A stretch of DNA of 64,000 nucleotides, from IMG/VR virus record IMGVR_UViG_3300037041_001930, one strand, 5' to 3'. The position numbers and the translations under genes are program-made. Under the pieces are notes generated by a model, which worked only from the letters and a program-made list of their open reading frames with translations, was not told the DNA's origin and ran no database searches. The stretch is from a virus (taxonomy: Duplodnaviria > Caudoviricetes). This document shows positions 58,325 to 64,000 of this stretch, piece after piece (within the stretch, counting starts at the first letter, position 1; every line of letters begins with the position of its first letter).

Positions 58325-58762
58325 TCAGTTACCCGAAGGGATGTGCTGACGAGCATGACGATCCCAAACCGCATCTGAACACTCGGCTTGGGCTTCAGGA
58401 TCCTCGACAACGCTGGCCACTTTGGTGGCCCGGCTTGCGACTTCAGCAAACTTGTGCAGTGCCGTGACAGCCTTGGAGTGATCCATGACTTCGTTGGCAA
58501 AGGCTTCTGCGCGTTCGGGACTCGAGATCATGCCGGATTGCAACAGGGTTGCAGCGGCGCGCTTGGCGAGTCCACGCAGATTTGCCACCTTGGCCTGGTC
58601 GGCTTCGCTGGCGGTCTTTTGCGTTTTCTGCGCTGCGGCGAGTTCGGCCTTGAGGGCTGTATTCTCCGCGGCTTGTTTTTGGATGATACCCTGGGCTTGT
58701 TCCAGGGTGGAGGCGAGACCATCAATAGTGCTCGCAACTTTCTTGAGCTCGTTGCCAGTCAT
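58325..58762 (-). CDS. Coiled-coil K-x-A-rich head assembly protein, 145 aa
   Basis: Heptad-rich; 7 of 11 lysines lie in K-x-A. Confidence 0.65.
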   Translation of the reverse strand: MTGNELKKVASTIDGLASTLEQAQGIIQKQAAENTALKAELAAAQKTQKTASEADQAKVANLRGLAKRAAATLLQSGMISSPERAEAFANEVMDHSKAVTALHKFAEVASRATKVASVVEDPEAQAECSDAVWDRHARQHIPSGN

Positions 58763-58766
58763 GGGA

Positions 58767-60302
58767 TCAGGCTTTCTTGTTGGTGGAGGTTTGCGCGATT
58801 TGGAGAGCAGCTGCCTTCTTGAAGATCGCTGCGCTGACACGAGCCTTGTAACTCGCGACTTTGTCCATCGCGGGCACCGGGGCTGCGCGGAGGTTGGCGA
58901 GTTCCTGGGGATCGATGCCCATTTCCTGGAGAACTTGCATCAGAGCTGCTTGTTCCTCAGGAGTCTTGGCTTCGAGGCCAGCCAGGGGGTCACCGTTAAT
59001 CGGGGAGCCCGTGGGGGCTGCACCAGGGATACCAGCGGCGGGATCACCACCGGGGATACCTGCGGCAGCGGCGGCGGGATCACCACCGGGGATACCGGCT
59101 TCTTCACCACCAGGGAGATGTTCGGCGTTTTCTTGGGCAGGGGATTCGCCTTGCTCGTGCGCAGCAGAGTCGCCTTCCTTCTTGCCTTCTTCAGCCTTCG
59201 CGCCTTCGGAGCCCTCGTGGCCTTCGCCTTCACCGGCTTCATGCCGTGCGGCTTCTTCGAGTTCTTGAGCAGTCTTGATAGCCAAATTGAAACCAAAAGT
59301 GTGCGCGGCTTTGTGGAGCGTGCGCAGCTTCTGGGGGTAATCGGGATGACCGGGGCCGACATCCAATGCAGCCACTTTCATGGCCTGGAGGTCTTCAGGA
59401 GGCAGTTCACCGCCGGCGTCGCCGCCAGGGGGAAGTGCACCAGCGGGACCAGCGCCACCCATGGCATCAGCAGGGGGAGCCCCGGCGTCGCCACCAGGAG
59501 GAGCTCCAGCAGCGGCGGGATCACCACCAGCACCGGCGGCTCCACCCATCTGTTCACTCAAGGCTTGGAGTTCTTGGAGGTCCTCAGGGGACAATGCACC
59601 GCTACGGGCGGCTTCCTGAAGGATCTGTGCGGCTTGCTCGTCGTCGATCTCACCGTTCTGCAGGGCTTGCATGAGCTCTTGAGCCCCGGCTTGCGCTGCG
59701 CCTTGTTCGCCACCAGGGATGGCTTCGCCGCCTGCGGCTTCCATCGCCTTTTTGGCGATGTATGCGCTCATGCCGGTCAGGGGCTTGGCGGCTTCAGGCT
59801 GACCGTTGGATTTTCCCAGGATACTGGCGACTTTCTGTTGGGCCGCAGCTGCGTTGGCATCAACCGGTGCTTTTTCAGCAGCCGATTTCAGATACGCGGA
59901 AATCTTGCGTCCAGTCGAGATGAGTTCAGCAGCGGACTTCGAGAGTTCACTTTGGGGTACGGGACCATTGTCGGCTTCACCTTTGACTTCGAGATCGGCA
60001 CCCTTGCCGCCCTCTTGGCCATCAGTGGACACCGCGGTGGCACCCTCTGTGGAGGCTTCCACGCTTGCGCCGGGCTTGTTGGCTTCGGCGCCGCCGTCGA
60101 CTTTGGCTGCGGTATGCTTACCGGCCTCCTCGACGTTCTTGTTGTAGTGTTCACCTTTTTTAACGGCTTCAGTGCCGTTATCGCTGTCCAGGGGATCAGC
60201 GGGGCTCGCGGCTTTGCGGAGACCTTCGGTGGGAACTTCGGAGGCGCGTTTGATCATGAGGTCGAGATCCTCCATGATCGTGCGCTGTGTCTTTTGAGTC
60301 AT
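58767..60302 (-). CDS. Capsid scaffolding / internal core protein, 511 aa
   Basis: Between protease and MCP; acidic, Ala/Gly/Pro-rich, low complexity; many K-x-A motifs. Confidence 0.65.
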   Translation of the reverse strand: MTQKTQRTIMEDLDLMIKRASEVPTEGLRKAASPADPLDSDNGTEAVKKGEHYNKNVEEAGKHTAAKVDGGAEANKPGASVEASTEGATAVSTDGQEGGKGADLEVKGEADNGPVPQSELSKSAAELISTGRKISAYLKSAAEKAPVDANAAAAQQKVASILGKSNGQPEAAKPLTGMSAYIAKKAMEAAGGEAIPGGEQGAAQAGAQELMQALQNGEIDDEQAAQILQEAARSGALSPEDLQELQALSEQMGGAAGAGGDPAAAGAPPGGDAGAPPADAMGGAGPAGALPPGGDAGGELPPEDLQAMKVAALDVGPGHPDYPQKLRTLHKAAHTFGFNLAIKTAQELEEAARHEAGEGEGHEGSEGAKAEEGKKEGDSAAHEQGESPAQENAEHLPGGEEAGIPGGDPAAAAAGIPGGDPAAGIPGAAPTGSPINGDPLAGLEAKTPEEQAALMQVLQEMGIDPQELANLRAAPVPAMDKVASYKARVSAAIFKKAAALQIAQTSTNKKA

Positions 60303-60304
60303 AG

Positions 60305-61705
60305 CTACTTCCTTGGTGACAAGGGTGATGGTAACGGGGTTGCGCGCCTCGACAAGGCCATGCCCTGAACGAGGGCTCCGAGCGTGGCTTCATCTGCGTT
60401 GTTATTGGGATGCACGGCGAAAGCTACTTTGTAGTGGAGATAGAGGTCGGCAAGACCCCTACTCGCCGTGACATCAGGAGCACGACCAGCACCGGCCAAC
60501 TTCACATTCGGCTGACCGGAGATTGTGGCGTGGAGAACCCGACGACTCGGGTGGTCTCCGCGCATCGATGTCGCGTAATCCAGGGAGCCCACGACCTCGT
60601 CCTCGAGACGAATTGGGGTCGTGGATTCAGCGCCATCTAAAGAGTTGATTTCGATAGCAGATTTCAAGAGGCCATGAAAGCCTTGTTTAACAGCGAGATC
60701 ATGTGCCAGGTGAACATCTGGAGAGATCGATGCCATCGGGATCTCGACGACAAAGTCTGCGAAGTCCCGGATACTGAGGACACACCCACGCTTGTGGAGC
60801 CAGTTCAGCATCGAGGGGGCACCATGGGCCTCAAACGCCTTCTTGATCTCCTTGCGGGTCTCGAGATCGAGATCCTTGGGTTCTGGACCAATATCGGCGA
60901 GCTGGGCGAGACCGCCGATTCGCTTCTCGATGGTGGCCAGCCGCATCATCATCGCATACTTCGATGAGTTCAGTTTCCGCATCGAGGTCTGCAGGGCAGC
61001 CTCGAAACCAGGGACTCCTGGTCGCTCTAGTGCCACCTTCCGCAGAGTATAACCAATGCGGTCAGCGGGTTTCCATACCGTGGACTGGTCCATGTAGTAC
61101 GGATTCGGATTCTGCATGTAAACTTTTTGCCCATCCTTGGTGACTTCACCAAGCATGTGCTTGACGTGTTCGCAGTGATCCTTGGCCTCAGGTGCCTTGT
61201 GGCCACACACTGAACAGACGTCATAGGCCTGCATGGATCCCATGGATACCGGGACATCCTTGCCTTCTTCGAGAGCCTGGACCTCGTCAGCATTCTTTTC
61301 ATTGTCGAGTGCTGAGAGAAGCTCGATTCTCGACATGGGTCCGTTGTGACCCGTGAACAGGATGTCGCCCGTCTTCTTATCGGGGTCATCGTTGTCATGG
61401 TTCTTGAAGACATGACCATGAGTCTTAAATCTGGTATGACAAGTCTTGTTGTCTTTCTCGCTGAAGCCATCGTTGTTACGATTATCCCCGTAGCGTTCCT
61501 CGTCACCCACTGCGATGGTATGGATGATGGTCTTCCCTGGGATCGGCTTCATCTCGGCGAGTTCCTTCTGGAACAGGAGACCGCCGGCCTCCTTCGCCGT
61601 CTTCATGAACAGCTCTTTGTCGAACCCATGACTCGAGAATCTCACCAGGGTTACCTCAGGGGCCTGGAAGTCGTAGGTGTGCGGAGAAAGAATCTTGGCA
61701 ATCAT
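60305..61705 (-). CDS. Prohead maturation protease (herpes-assemblin/HK97-type fold) with a Zn ribbon, ~466 aa
   Basis: FKNHDN (putative His), VSMGS (putative nucleophilic Ser), CSVC...HCEH zinc motif; start MIAK at 61705. Confidence 0.75.
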   Translation of the reverse strand: MIAKILSPHTYDFQAPEVTLVRFSSHGFDKELFMKTAKEAGGLLFQKELAEMKPIPGKTIIHTIAVGDEERYGDNRNNDGFSEKDNKTCHTRFKTHGHVFKNHDNDDPDKKTGDILFTGHNGPMSRIELLSALDNEKNADEVQALEEGKDVPVSMGSMQAYDVCSVCGHKAPEAKDHCEHVKHMLGEVTKDGQKVYMQNPNPYYMDQSTVWKPADRIGYTLRKVALERPGVPGFEAALQTSMRKLNSSKYAMMMRLATIEKRIGGLAQLADIGPEPKDLDLETRKEIKKAFEAHGAPSMLNWLHKRGCVLSIRDFADFVVEIPMASISPDVHLAHDLAVKQGFHGLLKSAIEINSLDGAESTTPIRLEDEVVGSLDYATSMRGDHPSRRVLHATISGQPNVKLAGAGRAPDVTASRGLADLYLHYKVAFAVHPNNNADEATLGALVQGMALSRRATPLPSPLSPRK

Positions 61706-61709
61706 TTTA

Positions 61710-62954
61710 TTACTTGCCCCATATCTTCTCACCCAGCATGGATGCCCCGGATCCCATGAAGCCATACCCGAGTGCGCGTGCTGCGACTCCACCAAGTGTT
61801 GGCTTGGTACTAATGCGTTGAGCACCCGCGATACCATGGGGGACCCCAACGATGTTGACTACCCTGGACCCCAGACCAGACGTAAACCCCTCACGGAGTC
61901 TATGAGCCGCTTGCTCCTGCGCGGAGAGTGCCTGGTGCTTTGTGATATCCGGCGTGTTCGCATTGAAGTCAAGTTTACGTTGACCTGAATCCGCGAAGCC
62001 CACCAGTTTCTCCGCATTGGCTTGTTGAATCGCCAAGTTGGGATCACTGTTGTTACCGAAGACTCGTTTGAGGATTGACTGCTTACTGGGGTCCGGAGTC
62101 ATCGGGCCCTTCGCGGTGCCCTGATTCACGGCGTTGACCAATTCTTTGTTATCAAACAAGTCTTTGTTGTTCAGGATTGCCAGGGGGTGACTGGGATTGA
62201 CCATAGAACCCGCGGCGAACGTGTGTACCGCATTTCCGGCTTCAAGGGGAGCACGTGGCCCCTTGTCACCCTCGAGTCCTGCTGCGGTGCCCATAGCACG
62301 CAGATGGGGCTCTGCGGCTTCACCGCCCTGATTGAGTTTGTTGATGAGACCGCCAGTGGTCTGGATACCATGATCGGGGCCACCCGGCAGTTTCTTCAGC
62401 GCAGGTACAGTGCCATGGAGGACCCCAAGACCAGCACCTAAACCAAAAGCACCAGTTCCAGTGGGGGTGTTGTCCTGCAACCACGCACTCATCTTCTCAC
62501 GGGAGTCCCCGAAGATGCGACCACCAAGAGCCTTGTCGATTTCTTTGCGGTACACGTAGGCGGCGCCAAGACCAGCGGCGAGACCACCACTGGCCAAGGC
62601 CAGGGTCAACCATTCCTTGGCACCCCAGCCCTTGTCGTCCTCCTCGTCCTCGGAGTCATCCGAGACGGGATACACGGCTTCAGCGGCACACTTGATAGCT
62701 ATGTCTGCAACGTTGTACGCTGTCCTCCCCGCTGACGCATAGTCATCTGCACGCCAGTCCTTCATGTCACGTGTTTTCCAGAAATCGGGGTCGGTTACCT
62801 TACCCATAACATTGGAAACCATACCCTTACTGCTACGCCTTTTTTTGGGACTAGCGTGATTCGTTTTACTACGTGTACAGTCACCGTCTGAATCGGGGTA
62901 AACCTCTTCAGCGGCCTGCTTTGCAAAGGCGTCGTGGTCAGCATGGGTTACCAT
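61710..62954 (-). CDS. Putative head-internal protein with glycine-zipper hydrophobic segments, 414 aa
   Basis: KQAA and KCAA motifs; LALASGGLAAGLGAAYVY and GAFGLGAGLGVL segments. Confidence 0.55.
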   Translation of the reverse strand: MVTHADHDAFAKQAAEEVYPDSDGDCTRSKTNHASPKKRRSSKGMVSNVMGKVTDPDFWKTRDMKDWRADDYASAGRTAYNVADIAIKCAAEAVYPVSDDSEDEEDDKGWGAKEWLTLALASGGLAAGLGAAYVYRKEIDKALGGRIFGDSREKMSAWLQDNTPTGTGAFGLGAGLGVLHGTVPALKKLPGGPDHGIQTTGGLINKLNQGGEAAEPHLRAMGTAAGLEGDKGPRAPLEAGNAVHTFAAGSMVNPSHPLAILNNKDLFDNKELVNAVNQGTAKGPMTPDPSKQSILKRVFGNNSDPNLAIQQANAEKLVGFADSGQRKLDFNANTPDITKHQALSAQEQAAHRLREGFTSGLGSRVVNIVGVPHGIAGAQRISTKPTLGGVAARALGYGFMGSGASMLGEKIWGK

Positions 62955-62956
62955 GT

Positions 62957-64000
62957 TCAGCCCTTCGCGTGATGTTTCTGGAGTTTCAAGAGGACATCGG
63001 TGTCGAGGTCACCGCCACTGGCGAGCTGATCCTTGACGAGTCGGCGGATCATGGAGGCATCGGCATCGGGATTCGCGGCCATGACAGCATTGAAGGCTTT
63101 AACAGTTTCTGGGATCGGGCGCTGGGCGATATAGGGGTCATCCATGAGCCCGGCCAGGGAAACCGCAGCACCCGTGTTCTTGACCCGCTGTTGACCTCCG
63201 GAACCCAGAGGAGACTTGGGGGTCACCCCGTAATCCGGGGATTCGCCGCTACCACGGCTACCCATGGCACCACCAATGACATCTTCGATGGCTTCGCCAC
63301 CCATGGCAGCCTGGGGCAGCGTTGCCGCGGTATCCGAGAGATCCTTGACGTAGCCGCCGGCATCACCGGCGATCTTGGCAATCCAGGGGCCGGCTTCGGC
63401 GAGCCTGCGGTCGACTTCATTCTTGGCGGCCAAACAGTGCGAGGCGTGTTTCCACAAAGTCTCCAGCGTCGAGACTGAGTCGACGACTGCTTTCTCTTGT
63501 GGGGTGCATGTCGCGATGACGTCGCCAGCGATCTTCATCGCCGGGGTCGCCCTGTGGTGCCCACGGTTCTCGAGACCACCGGTGACCCAGATGACATCCA
63601 GGGTTGCGGGGTCGACACCAGCACGTTTCGCCAGGGTCTCCACACGGGAGAACGCTGGGGAATCAATGCGGGCAAAGGACTCCACGATTCGAGCCAGTTT
63701 AACGAAGGCGGCGTCGCGGTGTTCAGAGAACTTGGTTCTCGCGGCTTCCGCGGCAGCCTTCATGTTCTGAAGTTTGATAAAGGGGTTGTCGGCGAGGCGG
63801 GAGCAGTCGATGCCATGAAGCCCGGAGTCCAGGGCTTCCCGGATCCGTGCGGCTTCCATACCGAAATCAGCGCTGACCCCGACTCCATTGATATCGCATG
63901 CAATCTTGGTGCGACCACGGCGAAGTGCCATGGGGTCGCTGCCAAAGACTTCACGCGCAGTCTTGAAGAGTTCGGCGTCTTCGGCCTCGGCTTCGTCATC
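62957..64000 (-). CDS. K-x-A-rich putative head-internal protein (5' end beyond the window)
   Basis: The 324 aa ORF stays in frame and open to the window edge (DDEAEAEDAELFKTAREVFGSDPMALRR...). Confidence 0.6.
   Translation of the reverse strand, partial: DDEAEAEDAELFKTAREVFGSDPMALRRGRTKIACDINGVGVSADFGMEAARIREALDSGLHGIDCSRLADNPFIKLQNMKAAAEAARTKFSEHRDAAFVKLARIVESFARIDSPAFSRVETLAKRAGVDPATLDVIWVTGGLENRGHHRATPAMKIAGDVIATCTPQEKAVVDSVSTLETLWKHASHCLAAKNEVDRRLAEAGPWIAKIAGDAGGYVKDLSDTAATLPQAAMGGEAIEDVIGGAMGSRGSGESPDYGVTPKSPLGSGGQQRVKNTGAAVSLAGLMDDPYIAQRPIPETVKAFNAVMAANPDADASMIRRLVKDQLASGGDLDTDVLLKLQKHHAKG

Noticed and set aside
59035-59096. 26 bp direct repeat in the scaffold gene
   Set aside because: Local duplication within a low-complexity GIPGGDPAA linker; no sign of mobile-element ends.

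Overview
A 64 kb segment of a large contractile-tailed (myovirus-type, probably jumbo) bacteriophage covering almost the whole virion-morphogenesis region. Nearly all genes are on the minus strand and tightly coupled by ATGA/GTGA/TAATG overlaps. In transcription order (right to left) the modules are: head (internal proteins, prohead protease, scaffold, decoration protein, HK97-type major capsid protein); a ~21 kb appendage island (PKD/Ig/SwmB-like proteins, a membrane protein, four collagen-like fibre proteins, one ending in 28 RCC1/BLIP-II blades and one carrying Ser/Gly/His tandem repeats); neck; sheath; tube; VgrG/gp5-like spike; tail chaperones; tape measure; hub; a phage sigma-70-family factor; gp25 and baseplate-J wedge proteins; five tandem paralogous baseplate/fibre proteins; and two small CxSC proteins. 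At the left end are three plus-strand genes, a degenerate primase-like gene and a hairpin/tandem-repeat array that may be an origin. No terminase, portal, lysin, tRNA, CRISPR array, integrase or reverse transcriptase is visible. Calls rest on motif recognition and gene order only; no database search was run.
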